Source: Candidatus Poribacteria bacterium
GTDB taxonomy: Bacteria > Poribacteria > WGA-4E > WGA-3G
DNA: 64,000 nt
Direction: 5' to 3'
NCBI GenBank assembly: GCA_965205025.1
Contig: CBDBFU010000012.1
Location: 96,001 to 160,000, forward strand
Positions 1-10,485 of the stretch are shown here, one piece after another (within the stretch, counting starts at the first letter, position 1; the number at the start of each line of letters is the position of its first letter). The notes under the pieces were generated by a model that searched no databases, was not told the DNA's origin, and worked only from the letters and a program-made list of their open reading frames with translations. Made by a program: the position numbers and the translations under genes.

Positions 1-1
1 A

Positions 2-316
2 TACGGAAAGACAGATGTAGATAAAGATGGAACACCTGGACACTTTGGAAGAGATCCTATGGAAATTAGTGAGAAATATGGTGGTCAATGGAAAACTGCT
101 GATTTTGAAATGGGAGATGTCATCATATTCACAATGCATACGATGCATACATCTACTAAAAATTTATCAGACAAATGGCGGGTTAGTTGTGATATTCGTT
201 TTCAACCAGTAGAACACCCAATTGATGAACGATGGGTAGGGAAAAACCCAATCTCGCATACCGGAAGTCAAAGATTATCGTTCGAAGAAGCCAAGAAAGA
301 GTGGGGATTAGAATAA
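2..316 (+). CDS. Phytanoyl-CoA dioxygenase (PhyH) family protein, 5'-truncated by the window edge
   Basis: Frame is open from base 2 (YGKTDVDKDG...). The C-terminal motif GDVIIFTMHTMHTS..N..D.WRVSCDIRF is typical of the PhyH 2OG-Fe(II) fold. Confidence 0.8.
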   Translation, partial: YGKTDVDKDGTPGHFGRDPMEISEKYGGQWKTADFEMGDVIIFTMHTMHTSTKNLSDKWRVSCDIRFQPVEHPIDERWVGKNPISHTGSQRLSFEEAKKEWGLE

Positions 317-327
317 CAAACAAATTT

Positions 328-349
328 AGGCGCGGACAACACCGCGCCT
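328..349. terminator. Probable bidirectional intrinsic terminator
   Basis: GC-rich hairpin AGGCGCGG-acaaca-CCGCGCCT between convergent genes. Confidence 0.6.
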
Positions 350-364
350 TCTGTTTAGAGAAAA

Positions 365-1540
365 TTAATTGAATAAAGCACGTCTTATCTGACGAACAGC
401 CTGACGAATTCTGTCTTCATTTTCAACAAGAGCAATGCGTATATAACCTTCACCATTGTGTCCAAATCCAGCTCCTGGTGAAACACAAACCTCTGCTTCA
501 TTTAAGAGTTTCATCGAAAACTCTAAAGAATCCATGTGTTTCCATTGATCAGGAATTGGTGCCCAGACAAACATTGATGCCTGGGGTTTTGTCACCTTCC
601 ATCCAATACGATTTAAACCGTCAACCAATACATCTCTACGATTCCAATAGACTTCTGTATTTTCCATCACCTCATCAATAGGGGTTCGGAGAGCCATGAT
701 AGCTGCAACTTGTATCGGTGGGAATATTCCATAATCGTAATATCCTTTAATCCGACCTAATGCCTCAATAATGTCTCGATTTCCTGCTGCAAATCCACAA
801 CGCCAACCAGCCATGTTATAGGATTTTGAGAGTGATATGAATTCAACACCAACATCTTTTGCTCCTTTTGCTTGTAAAAAACTTGGTGCATTATATCCAT
901 CAAACACTATATCTGCATAAGCTAAATCGTGAATTACAATCATATCCTCATGTTTAGCAAATCCAACCACCTCTTCAAAGAAGCTTAAGTCAACAACAGC
1001 ACCTGTAGGATTATGTGGAAAACTAAGGATCAATACTTTTGGTCTCGGCCATATATCTCGAGTAATCTCTTCAAGTGAAGGCACAAAGTCATTCTCCTCT
1101 TCAAGAGGAATACTAACAACACTTCCACCTGCTAATACCACACTATACATGTGAATTGGAAAAGTAGGGTTTGGTACCATAGCCAAATCACCTTCATCAA
1201 TCAAAGCTAAGGCAAGATGACCTAATCCTTCCTTCGTTCCAATAACAGCAATTGCTTCTTCGTCAGGATCGATATCTACACCGAAACGACGTTCATAATG
1301 CCAACTTACCTCTCTACGAAGATTGAATATACCTCGTGAGGCTGAATATCTATGATGACGCAATTCCTGAGCTGCCTCTGTAAGTTTATCAATAATGGGT
1401 TGAGGTGTTCTTTGATTGGGATTTCCCATTCCTAAATCAATTATGTCAAGTCCTTGTTGTCTACGTTCATGGGTTAACTGTTTTAGTTTACCAAACATGT
1501 ACGGTGGTAATCGATTAAGACGTTTCGAAAAAATATTCAT
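365..1540 (-). CDS. alaC: PLP-dependent class I aminotransferase, AlaC/YfdZ-like (DapL-related)
   Basis: RLPPY.F...DIIDLGMGNP, YSASRGI, G.KEGL.HL, HDLAY, SLSKSYNMAGWR and IKGYYDYG closely track E. coli AlaC. Confidence 0.75.
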   Translation of the reverse strand: MNIFSKRLNRLPPYMFGKLKQLTHERRQQGLDIIDLGMGNPNQRTPQPIIDKLTEAAQELRHHRYSASRGIFNLRREVSWHYERRFGVDIDPDEEAIAVIGTKEGLGHLALALIDEGDLAMVPNPTFPIHMYSVVLAGGSVVSIPLEEENDFVPSLEEITRDIWPRPKVLILSFPHNPTGAVVDLSFFEEVVGFAKHEDMIVIHDLAYADIVFDGYNAPSFLQAKGAKDVGVEFISLSKSYNMAGWRCGFAAGNRDIIEALGRIKGYYDYGIFPPIQVAAIMALRTPIDEVMENTEVYWNRRDVLVDGLNRIGWKVTKPQASMFVWAPIPDQWKHMDSLEFSMKLLNEAEVCVSPGAGFGHNGEGYIRIALVENEDRIRQAVRQIRRALFN

Positions 1541-1585
1541 CTGTTATACTATCCTATAGACTTTTAATAAACTATTTTAAATTTT

Positions 1586-3013
1586 TTATTTTCCATATTC
1601 CCAATATTCGCATAATCGTTTTCCCCAATTCGAAATTAGTCTTTGAGGACTTGTGTGGGAAATACGGCGTCTATTTAGTTGACCTTCCTGTTCTATTATT
1701 TTTTTTCTATATTTATTGACGATATTTTTATATTTAGGATTAAATGCAAGATTATTTTTTTCAAACGGATCAACATTTCTATCGAATAACTGCGCATGTC
1801 CAAGTTGTTCAATATCCGGTCCAGGAGGAATAAAATCTTCTTTCTCTTTTGGTTTATATTCGGTAATGAATTTATATTGGTCATCAACAATGGCGCGTCC
1901 CCAATAATTGCTTTCAATATATGCACAGTCCCGCCAGTTCTTTATATTATTTCCTTCAACAAGTGGTCTAAGACTCATACCTTGAATTCCATTAGGAGGA
2001 TCAATATTTGCATAATCACAAATAGTTGGAAATAGATCTACACCAGATACAAAATGTAAATTATCTAATCTATCTTTCTTCACAGATACACCCTCTCCAA
2101 GACAGGAAATGATTAATGGAACACGGATACTCTCTTCATAGAGTGCAAATTTTTGAAACATTTGATGACTCCCACATGCTTCTCCATGGTCCGCACTAAA
2201 AATTATCAACGTGTTATCCCAATATGCGGTTTCTTTAAGAATTGATAAAACTCTACCAATCTCGGCATCAACTTTTTCTACGAATCTATAATAATTCCAT
2301 CTAAGGTAACGCCATTGCAGTTCATCCCATGTTTTTACTGCTCTTAGAATTGGGGCATGAATCAATGCATCATCAACTCTTCGACAAACTCGGTGTAGAA
2401 CTGTTTCTCGTTCATCATAATTAAAATTTTCTGGAAGTGGAGGAAGATCATCTTCCGTTAGAATACCTTGCTCAACAGGATTTGGAATCTGTTTTTCTTC
2501 ATGATTATGTAGATATTCACAAACATCATGTGGATCAACATAACCTATCTGAAGATAGAATGGATCCGTGCTATTATGGATTGTTAGAAAATCTGCTACT
2601 GCATGAGTTGAAGCAGAATCATAGAATGCAGCACCACCTGCCCCAATATCTCGTTTACCAAAATAAAGAGTTTCGAAACTGTCGCGGACATTACGACCAG
2701 GAACATGCCATTTGCCACAGTGGAATGCTCTATAACCTTTCGATTTAAGTACTTGTCCTATATCTGGAATGTCATCGTGAAGTCGTCCACCGTTAAAAGG
2801 CACCCCTGTTTCAGATGTATATAAACCAGTTGCCCAACTTGATCGAGAGGCAGCACAAACAGGATCGGTACAATAAGAATTTCTAAATGAAGTCCCATTA
2901 CGATGAAGTAGATCTATGTTAGGGGTGTGAAGATACGGATTGCCATAAGCAGATATGGTATTCCAAGAGTGTTGATCGGTGTTAATGAAGAGGATATTGG
3001 GGCGTTTGCTCAA
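1586..3013 (-). CDS. Sulfatase (Cys-type)
   Basis: PNILFINTDQ, VCAASR..W.TG, GKWH, SADHG motifs. Confidence 0.9.
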   Translation of the reverse strand: MSKRPNILFINTDQHSWNTISAYGNPYLHTPNIDLLHRNGTSFRNSYCTDPVCAASRSSWATGLYTSETGVPFNGGRLHDDIPDIGQVLKSKGYRAFHCGKWHVPGRNVRDSFETLYFGKRDIGAGGAAFYDSASTHAVADFLTIHNSTDPFYLQIGYVDPHDVCEYLHNHEEKQIPNPVEQGILTEDDLPPLPENFNYDERETVLHRVCRRVDDALIHAPILRAVKTWDELQWRYLRWNYYRFVEKVDAEIGRVLSILKETAYWDNTLIIFSADHGEACGSHQMFQKFALYEESIRVPLIISCLGEGVSVKKDRLDNLHFVSGVDLFPTICDYANIDPPNGIQGMSLRPLVEGNNIKNWRDCAYIESNYWGRAIVDDQYKFITEYKPKEKEDFIPPGPDIEQLGHAQLFDRNVDPFEKNNLAFNPKYKNIVNKYRKKIIEQEGQLNRRRISHTSPQRLISNWGKRLCEYWEYGK

Positions 3014-3840
3014 ATTTTGTCTCCAATTATCTCTTTCAATATATATGTTTCAAAGAAATTAGAAACAATTACTGTAGTCTTCTGTTGGTCAATCCACCAA
3101 TAGGAGGGTAAAAGACCTTTACCATAAAGATAAAATCCATCAAGATGTAGTGGGAATTGTAATGAATTGAGGAAACCAATTTTGTTTTTTGATCTAAGTT
3201 GTTCAAGATCATCAAGCAAAACAATTTCTATAGTATCGTGATTATCTATAATCTGATTAGATAATAAGGGGATAACATCAAAAAGAGTCCAATTACATGT
3301 CAAGGGTAAAGTTATATCAGGAATTTCAAGAGTAATATAAATATCGTTTAAACGGATTCTAACCTTATCTTCAGAGATAATCTTACCTACAAAATTTAAT
3401 TCTGAATATTCATCCTGACAACTATTTAGAACTTTCCCATGCCATCCATTGAGAAGAGTACGACTCCAGGTATTCTCTGTGCTGAATTGGAGGAGAATAT
3501 TTTCTCCACTTGTGTCATTTTTGTAATTTACTTCATAATTCCATACATCATTATCCTTTTTCCTTTCAATGCTGACTGCACCAATATTTAATTTTGCATC
3601 TGGGTTACTTCTACCTGCATAACCACGCCAATAATTTGGCAATATCTTGTAAATGTGCTTTATATAACATGTCTCTTCAACATCTTTATTACCAAGAATT
3701 GAAGGGGTTTCATAACCCTTTATAAGATCAATCAATTCATTCGCATAATCAGGTCTATTAGCTCCAGTATTATAATCGAATGACCAATGTAAAGAATTCC
3801 CATCATTCATTCTAACACCAAATTGTAAGATAGAAAACAA
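3010..3840 (-). CDS. Hypothetical protein (start may be ATG 3810)
   Basis: 276-aa ORF overlapping the sulfatase start by 4 nt. No recognised motif. Confidence 0.6.
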   Translation of the reverse strand: MFSILQFGVRMNDGNSLHWSFDYNTGANRPDYANELIDLIKGYETPSILGNKDVEETCYIKHIYKILPNYWRGYAGRSNPDAKLNIGAVSIERKKDNDVWNYEVNYKNDTSGENILLQFSTENTWSRTLLNGWHGKVLNSCQDEYSELNFVGKIISEDKVRIRLNDIYITLEIPDITLPLTCNWTLFDVIPLLSNQIIDNHDTIEIVLLDDLEQLRSKNKIGFLNSLQFPLHLDGFYLYGKGLLPSYWWIDQQKTTVIVSNFFETYILKEIIGDKI

Positions 3841-3885
3841 ACATTTTAAGAAATTTGAGGAACTTATTATCTACAGTTCTCAGGA

Positions 3886-4584
3886 TTAATTCAAGTGTAG
3901 TTTGTTAATATAAGATACACCTGCAGGAATATCACCTGCAGCTGCTTTATGTGCATACCGTGTGGTTTCGGGAAGACGGAATCTTGGACAGCAATCCAGT
4001 GTAATTCTTATTGCAGAATCTAAGGAAATTTTATGTCCAATTGAGACAAAAACTGGACTCACTTTGGACCGTGTTCGTAAAACAGCACCTATAATTTCAG
4101 TGTCATCCATTAGATATGTAAACGATCCCTTTTCATTTTCTGGTTCGGAATAGGTACCACACAATCGGGATTTTGCACATCCAATTGTAGGTATGTCTAA
4201 TATCAGACCTAAATGAGAAGCGAGACCGAACCGTCTTGGATGTGCAATACCTTGACCATCAACTATTATTAGGTCAGGTACTGTATTTAAATACGCGAAA
4301 GCCACCAGGAGTGGTGGAATTTCGCGATATGATAAAATTCCAGGGATATAAGGGAAAGAAACTTTGTATTGGGTTACAATACCGTCAACAATGTGTAAAT
4401 CCGGATAACTGAGAACTATAACTGATGCTTGTGCGATATCTTCTCTGATACCTATATCTACACCTGCTACTGTATTAATTACCCCAAATTCATCTGTCTT
4501 TATTACTTGAGTACGGAGTTTGTCTTGGATTCCACGTGCTTCTTGTGGAGTTACATTCCATGAATGTAAATCATAATAATGCAT
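3886..4584 (-). CDS. nfi: Endonuclease V (deoxyinosine 3' endonuclease)
   Basis: VAGVD, FPYIPG.LS.RE, VDGQGIAHPRRFGLASHLG, IGCAKSRL, RLPETTR.AH. Confidence 0.95.
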   Translation of the reverse strand: MHYYDLHSWNVTPQEARGIQDKLRTQVIKTDEFGVINTVAGVDIGIREDIAQASVIVLSYPDLHIVDGIVTQYKVSFPYIPGILSYREIPPLLVAFAYLNTVPDLIIVDGQGIAHPRRFGLASHLGLILDIPTIGCAKSRLCGTYSEPENEKGSFTYLMDDTEIIGAVLRTRSKVSPVFVSIGHKISLDSAIRITLDCCPRFRLPETTRYAHKAAAGDIPAGVSYINKLHLN

Positions 4585-4741
4585 AATTCTGCGACTATGC
4601 TAACTATGTACTTTCCTCAAGTATACAGAGAAGATATCTATCTAATACTATTCTAAAAATTAATGTCATGAATTCAAAGTACTTGAATAAATATTCAATT
4701 GAACTATTTATCTCAGTTAACTACTGATTAATCCAGATGTA

Positions 4742-4897
4742 TTAACTGTCAAGTATTTTTGAAGCGGCTTCTTTTATTTCAACGATACGGGGTTTTGCAA
4801 TGAGTTGGACACCAGCAAAAAACGCATTCAGAATCAGATACCCGGCACCAATACCCATCAACGAACACAAACCACCAATTATAATCCCGTTAAACAT
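4742..4897 (-). CDS. 51-aa small membrane protein (below the ORF-track cutoff)
   Basis: MFNGIIIGGLCSLMGIGAGYLILNAFFAGVQLIAKPRIVEIKEAASKILDS. AGGAGG RBS lies 8 nt upstream and the N-terminus is hydrophobic. Confidence 0.65.
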   Translation of the reverse strand: MFNGIIIGGLCSLMGIGAGYLILNAFFAGVQLIAKPRIVEIKEAASKILDS

Positions 4898-5114
4898 TAA
4901 TAATGCCTCCTACAAACCTAATTTCTAATTAAGCCTTTGGATATGACAAACATCTAAAATTACTTGAATAGACTATTAAATCAACTTTTATTCTTAAAAC
5001 ACTTCACACATTAAACACTCATCTTTTGAAATATTGTGTATATAAATATTAAGTGTTGCATTACTATACGAAAGTTCAATAATACGGTTACATTTTTATT
5101 TATGCAATTATTTT

Positions 5115-5130
5115 AGCAAGAACTATGCCA
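5115..5130 (-). promoter_or_regulatory. Putative sigma-54 (-24/-12) promoter
   Basis: Minus strand TGGCAT-AGTTC-TTGCT matches TGGCAC-N5-TTGCW. It sits in an AT-rich intergenic region upstream of the small ORF. Confidence 0.6.
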
Positions 5131-5384
5131 TTAATTGATTCAGTTTTATTCTACTAATAGTTATTTGTTTCAATGTTTTTATTATTTACATGGATTCTAT
5201 AAAACCTGTAATAACAAGCAAAAGAATACAAAGTCACAATTGTCGATTAAAATGAACTATGAATACGGTAGTCCTTCATATATGAATATTATGTAACTAT
5301 GTTGACACAGATGTGGCAAAATTGAAACATATCTATTGATATTCCGCTACATACCAACGGAGTGACTAACTACTTCTCGTCAAG

Positions 5385-6116
5385 TTAATCCAGGAAGTTT
5401 ACAATGGAGGGAGGAACAAGATGTGAGATCTTATCACCAGCATTAATTCTATTCCTTATATCGGTGGATGAAAGATTGGCATAATAATCTGGCAAGGATA
5501 TATATTTTATAAATTGCTGATAAGTTCTAAGTGAAGGTTGATCTAAGAATTGCTTAATTTCGGGAATAGAAACACCTTTTCGATTTGCAACGATGAATTT
5601 ACATTGAGAAAATAGTGTATTTAATTCCTCATGAATATCATCATAATACTTTGGTTCGAATATCCTTACTAAGGTATCATAGCCAACGATAAAATAAAAT
5701 TCTGATTGCTTCGGATAGATCTGTTTTAATGCCGTAATTTTATCTATATAACGTCCATGACTTGAGATTCCGAGTGAAAGGTAGGATTGATTATTAGTAT
5801 GAAGTTTTAGTGTTAGTAATCGTGCTTCTATAGGCCAACCGAAAACATCCTTATCAACATTTGCTTTAGCTATTAATAATAATATTTCATCTAATTCAAA
5901 ACACTGATACGCTAGTTCAACCATCTTCGAATGTGCTAAAGTAAAAGGATTAAAGGAACCAGAAAAAATACCCAGTTTCTTACCTGATGAACTTATTGCA
6001 CTAGAAGATTGATGAAGTAAGACTATATGTGGAGAATTATTTGGGTCTACTTCATTAACAAGTTTTGAATAGATTTCATACTCTGGATAGGTGTTAAATT
6101 TCTCAAGAGATTTCAT
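5385..6116 (-). CDS. Nicotinate/nicotinamide-nucleotide adenylyltransferase-like (NadD/cytidylyltransferase fold)
   Basis: GIFSGSFNPFTLAH, FIVGYDT, LSSTDIR. Confidence 0.8.
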   Translation of the reverse strand: MKSLEKFNTYPEYEIYSKLVNEVDPNNSPHIVLLHQSSSAISSSGKKLGIFSGSFNPFTLAHSKMVELAYQCFELDEILLLIAKANVDKDVFGWPIEARLLTLKLHTNNQSYLSLGISSHGRYIDKITALKQIYPKQSEFYFIVGYDTLVRIFEPKYYDDIHEELNTLFSQCKFIVANRKGVSIPEIKQFLDQPSLRTYQQFIKYISLPDYYANLSSTDIRNRINAGDKISHLVPPSIVNFLD

Positions 6117-6888
6117 CGTTTTTTACTTCATTCCAAATTTTATCAAGTTCTTCAAGTGATTGATCCGATATATTCTTCCCTTGAGTATTCAGTTTAGTTT
6201 CCATACGTTTAAATCTACTTACGAACTTTCGATTGGCTTTCCTTAGAGTTTCTTCAGCCTGTAAATCAACAAATCTACATAGGTTAACAACAGCAAACAG
6301 AAGATCACCTATCTCCATTTCTATTTCATTCTGATCATCATTCTTCAAACTATCATTGACTTCATTTAATTCCTCTTCAACTTTATTAAATACATCAGAA
6401 ATATTATCCCAATCAAAACCGACGCGTGCAGCACGTTTTTGTATTTTTTGACCCCGTAATAAAGCAGGTAATGCTACAGGTATGCCATCAAGAATTGATT
6501 CTCTATCTTCATACCCTTCTTCTTGACTTTTTATGGATTCCCAGTTTTTTACTACTTCATCTGCACTTTCTACAGCAACATTTCCAAACACATGTGGGTG
6601 TCGTCTTATGAGTTTTTCAATTAATGACTCAATGACATCATAGATATCGAAATTATCACTTTCATCCGCTATTTGCGCTTGTAACATAATATTCAGCAGT
6701 AAATCACCGAGTTCTTCTTTGAGGTGATTTGAATCACCGGAATCAATCGCTTCAACTGTCTCATAAGTTTCCTCAATTAATGTAGATTTTAGTGATGAAT
6801 GGGTCTGTTCACGATCCCAGGGACACCCGTTTTCTCCTCTCAATATTGCAATGACATCAACCAGTGATTCAAATGGTTTTTTCTGCAT
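6103..6888 (-). CDS. mazG: Nucleoside triphosphate pyrophosphohydrolase MazG
   Basis: LRGENGCPWDREQTH.SL, EETYE, EELGDLL, KLIRRHPHVF, GFDW, EIGDLLF. Start taken at MQKKP. Confidence 0.95.
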   Translation of the reverse strand: MQKKPFESLVDVIAILRGENGCPWDREQTHSSLKSTLIEETYETVEAIDSGDSNHLKEELGDLLLNIMLQAQIADESDNFDIYDVIESLIEKLIRRHPHVFGNVAVESADEVVKNWESIKSQEEGYEDRESILDGIPVALPALLRGQKIQKRAARVGFDWDNISDVFNKVEEELNEVNDSLKNDDQNEIEMEIGDLLFAVVNLCRFVDLQAEETLRKANRKFVSRFKRMETKLNTQGKNISDQSLEELDKIWNEVKNDEIS

Positions 6889-7173
6889 TTTAATTATCCT
6901 TACAAGTTGATTAACTTCTATAATACCTATGTATGGCAATATCTATTAAAACGTTTACCAAGAAAAAGTAGTCAAATATAGTTAGTAATGTATTTTATCC
7001 GAAAATAGTGGTGAGAATGGTAGAGATGTATTTTCTGGTAGATTGGTATATTGAAGTCTAAGAAAATTAGGCTTTGATAGAATTATAATATTTCATTGAA
7101 GGGAGTTAAAAAATATATTGATTTAAATGTAGTAAATTCACTGAACGTGTTCTTTTATTTTTTAATAAATAGG

Positions 7174-7881
7174 TCATTCAGATTCATTGTCTCTATGATT
7201 CTCTAATAATACAATTAATTGTCCAAGTTGGAAACGGAGCAGCAATGTATAAATCTGCATTAATAGTGTAACTTGTGCTTCAGTTGTCAAATCACTGACA
7301 TGAATGAACTCAACGAATTTTTCTGCCCTATCCCTAACCTTTTCTGCTTGCTCAAAGTCCATCTGTTCTGTATCCTGTGTGGTTTCCTTAATAAACTGCC
7401 AAATCCTGTCTTGAATTTCAAGCATATAGTTTTTTGCCATAACAGTTCGTGCTTTCTTAGCAGAATCCACCCAAATAGTGTTTGCTTTCCAATTTAACAT
7501 AAATGCAATACTATTGATAATAACATCCCTAAGACTATCCTCACCAGAAATTAATTCCTCAAGATTTGTAATCCCTTCTGCCTCAGCAGAAAAAGTTCGT
7601 ACACGCGTGAAGTCTTTCAAGTTTGTCAATATCATTTCATTGTCAGATATGAGTTGCCAAAAACTCGCACTCGTAGACAATAGAGTTTCTACTTGTTTAC
7701 TTATTGGTACAGGCGAATCGGCACGAACACAGAAGTAGTGTATACTATGTAAATGACTTCTGAATTGTTGCAGCTCTGTCGGTGTTTGAAAATTGGTTAA
7801 GCTGGCAACATATGGAAGTAGATGACGTTGAATCTGTGTAAGCAGTTCATCAATAGTGGCAGGTTCGGCATTCATACGCAT
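7174..7881 (-). CDS. Hypothetical all-helical protein
   Basis: 235-aa ORF with plausible RBS. No recognised motif. Confidence 0.65.
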   Translation of the reverse strand: MRMNAEPATIDELLTQIQRHLLPYVASLTNFQTPTELQQFRSHLHSIHYFCVRADSPVPISKQVETLLSTSASFWQLISDNEMILTNLKDFTRVRTFSAEAEGITNLEELISGEDSLRDVIINSIAFMLNWKANTIWVDSAKKARTVMAKNYMLEIQDRIWQFIKETTQDTEQMDFEQAEKVRDRAEKFVEFIHVSDLTTEAQVTLLMQIYTLLLRFQLGQLIVLLENHRDNESE

Positions 7882-7976
7882 ACACCTTCAAAGATTGTTA
7901 ATTACCTTATAATAGCAGAATTTTCCTTCTATATCAAAGGCAAATATGGGACGATGGGACAATACCTATACCATTC

Positions 7977-8006
7977 TTGACATCCTTTCTTTTAATATGC
8001 TAAAAT
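7977..8006 (+). promoter_or_regulatory. sigma70-type promoter, possibly near-leaderless transcript
   Basis: TTGACA-N18-TAAAAT with TGn extension. The -10 ends only 9 nt before ATG 8016 and there is no SD sequence. Confidence 0.5.
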
Positions 8007-8015
8007 GATTACATC

Positions 8016-8546
8016 ATGAAAGGGAAGATATTCTGGGTTATATTATCATTTCTATTTTGTATTCTTGCTGTTGCTAAGCAAGATGAACCACCAAATATTG
8101 GTGATATGGCACCAGAATTTTCATTACAAGATACTGAAGAAAAACAGTATGAACTTAAGAAATTACGAGGGAAAATGGTTTTTCTAATTATGGGCAATCG
8201 TAGAATTAGGAAAGAGGATGATAAATGGGCAGTAGCATTCCATAATGAATACAAAGAAAATGAAAAAATTACAGCATTTATAATTGGTGATTTACGAAGT
8301 GTACCAGGTTTTATACCAAAAAGATTTGTCCTATCACAATTAAAGAAAAAGCCACCTCCACTTCCATTTCTACTTGACTGGAAAGGGAAAGTACATCAAA
8401 CCTATCATACTGAAAAGAAAAAGCCGAATTTGTACCTAATCTCATCTGAAGGAAAGCTCATATACCATCGTAAAACCAACTTTTCAGATAAAAATTTCAT
8501 TGAGTTAAAAAACAAGATTGATTCACATCTAAAACCTAATCTATAG
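8016..8546 (+). CDS. Secreted redoxin/AhpC-TSA-like (thioredoxin-fold) protein lacking CxxC
   Basis: Signal peptide, GD.APEFSLQD..K.Y.L..LRGK, LLDWKG, YLISSEGK. Confidence 0.7.
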   Translation: MKGKIFWVILSFLFCILAVAKQDEPPNIGDMAPEFSLQDTEEKQYELKKLRGKMVFLIMGNRRIRKEDDKWAVAFHNEYKENEKITAFIIGDLRSVPGFIPKRFVLSQLKKKPPPLPFLLDWKGKVHQTYHTEKKKPNLYLISSEGKLIYHRKTNFSDKNFIELKNKIDSHLKPNL

Positions 8547-8596
8547 ATCACTCAGACAATCAGATACATTGAACCTGTAAATTTAAGGAGAGAAAA

Positions 8597-9460
8597 ATGG
8601 AATCAAAAAATGATATAACAAAATATATGACCTTACCTACAACCCTTATTGGAACTGGTTCATTTTTTGGCATCTTAGGTTGGTGGGGATTAGCTCAGGC
8701 TGCTGGTAGTGTTCTATTGTTTAGCGGTTCTATGCTTCTCTCATTGTCTGGTTCAATTGCAACTTTAGTTGGATTATTGAGTTTAGAGAAAACAAAACCT
8801 AATAAACAGAAAGTAAGAAAAATCAAATCACTCATTGCTAATGATATAAAAATCCAGTATCCAAATTATATTCTACAGGTAGAGTATATAAAGCAACAAC
8901 ACCAAATACTTTATGACAAAATGTCTGCTATTTGGGAATATAGTGAATCATTTAAATTAAATATCTTAAAATTAAAAACTCACTTAGAAAAGCTGCAAAG
9001 GGATTTACAGGAGAATCTGAAGAGTAATACACCTAAACAGAAAGATGATACTGTAGATGACATAGCACAAAAGATACTTTGGTCAGAAAAAGAAATTGAA
9101 TTATCACAATTTCAGGAAGACTTAGATACAGTATCTAATTGTCTGACAACATCTGATGTGTCAGAATTTCGCGATGAACTCTCTCAGATTGGTCGTTCAT
9201 TAAATCAGCTTGAAAATGGTATTGGGTATTACCGAAACTTGTTGTTATTCTGTAGTCAAGAAGAAGAAGATAATTACGACCAAATTCTTGATGTTAAAGA
9301 AAAAGTCGAAAAGACAGATACAATAATATCTAAACAAAACACTCGTTTAGAAGAGCTTAGAAATAAGATGAATACAAAACAAGAGCAAGCTGAGAATGAG
9401 TTATTGAGATTTCAAAATCAATTGATTGAGTTTCAAGAAGTAAATGATACAGATTCTTAA
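8597..9460 (+). CDS. Hypothetical protein with two N-terminal TM helices and a long coiled coil
   Basis: Hydrophobic residues ~12-62 followed by E/Q/K/L-rich heptads. AGGAG RBS present. Confidence 0.7.
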   Translation: MESKNDITKYMTLPTTLIGTGSFFGILGWWGLAQAAGSVLLFSGSMLLSLSGSIATLVGLLSLEKTKPNKQKVRKIKSLIANDIKIQYPNYILQVEYIKQQHQILYDKMSAIWEYSESFKLNILKLKTHLEKLQRDLQENLKSNTPKQKDDTVDDIAQKILWSEKEIELSQFQEDLDTVSNCLTTSDVSEFRDELSQIGRSLNQLENGIGYYRNLLLFCSQEEEDNYDQILDVKEKVEKTDTIISKQNTRLEELRNKMNTKQEQAENELLRFQNQLIEFQEVNDTDS

Positions 9461-9513
9461 GTAGAATTATTAGAAAATCAACGAACAACTCATTGATGAT
9501 ACGGTGTAAGTAA

Positions 9514-10485
9514 ATGAAGTATCTTGTCACCGGTTGTGCTGGTTTTATTGGTTGGAAAGTTACAGAATTCCTCATTGCTGATGGACATACCGTAGTAGGA
9601 ATTGATAATATAAATGATGCCTATGATGTATCGGTTAAGAATTGGAGACTGGCACAACTACAGGAATTATCCAACTTCCATTACAATTGTTTAGATATCT
9701 GTGACTCAAAAACTCTCGAGCCACTGTTTGCACAAGAATTTGATGCAGTGATTAATCTTGCCGCACGTGCAGGTGTCCGTCAATCAGTTGAAAACCCTTG
9801 GGTATATATAGATACAAATATCACTGGTACGTTAAACCTACTTGAGTTATCAAGGGTTAATCACGTCAATAAGTTTATCCTTGCCTCCACTTCAAGCCTA
9901 TATGGATCGAAAAATCCTCTACCATTCAATGAGGAAGCAGATACCAACCGTCCACTATCTCCTTATGCAGCTTCGAAAAAAGGTGCAGAAGCACTCTGTC
10001 ATAGTTATCACCATCTATATGACATTGATATAACCATATTTCGGTTTTTTACTGTCTATGGTCCAGCTGGACGTCCGGATATGAGTGCATTTCGTTTTGT
10101 AAAATGGATTAGTGAGGGACATCCTGTAACTGTCTATGGGGATGGCAAACAATCCTCTCGGGATTATACCTATGTAGAAGATATTGCACGGGGTGTTATT
10201 GCTGGATTGAAACCACTTGGGTATTCAGTAATCAATCTTGGTTCAGATAGTCCCATCGTCTTGATTGATACAATTAGACTGATAGAAGAATTGGTAGGTA
10301 AGAAGGCAGAACTTTCACATCAACCATTCCATCCGGCTGATGTACGGGCCACATGGGCGGACATTAAAAAGGCAGAAAGACTTTTAGGTTGGTGTCCGCA
10401 GGTATCGTTTCGTGATGGGATAACTGAGTTGGTGAAGTGGTATCAAACACATCGGTCTTGGGTAAAAGATATCCCAACTGATTAG
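9514..10485 (+). CDS. NAD-dependent epimerase, UDP-glucuronate 4-epimerase-like
   Basis: TGCAGFIG, LAARAGVR.S, ASTSSLYG, YAASKK, RFFTVYGPAGRPDM. Confidence 0.9.
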   Translation: MKYLVTGCAGFIGWKVTEFLIADGHTVVGIDNINDAYDVSVKNWRLAQLQELSNFHYNCLDICDSKTLEPLFAQEFDAVINLAARAGVRQSVENPWVYIDTNITGTLNLLELSRVNHVNKFILASTSSLYGSKNPLPFNEEADTNRPLSPYAASKKGAEALCHSYHHLYDIDITIFRFFTVYGPAGRPDMSAFRFVKWISEGHPVTVYGDGKQSSRDYTYVEDIARGVIAGLKPLGYSVINLGSDSPIVLIDTIRLIEELVGKKAELSHQPFHPADVRATWADIKKAERLLGWCPQVSFRDGITELVKWYQTHRSWVKDIPTD

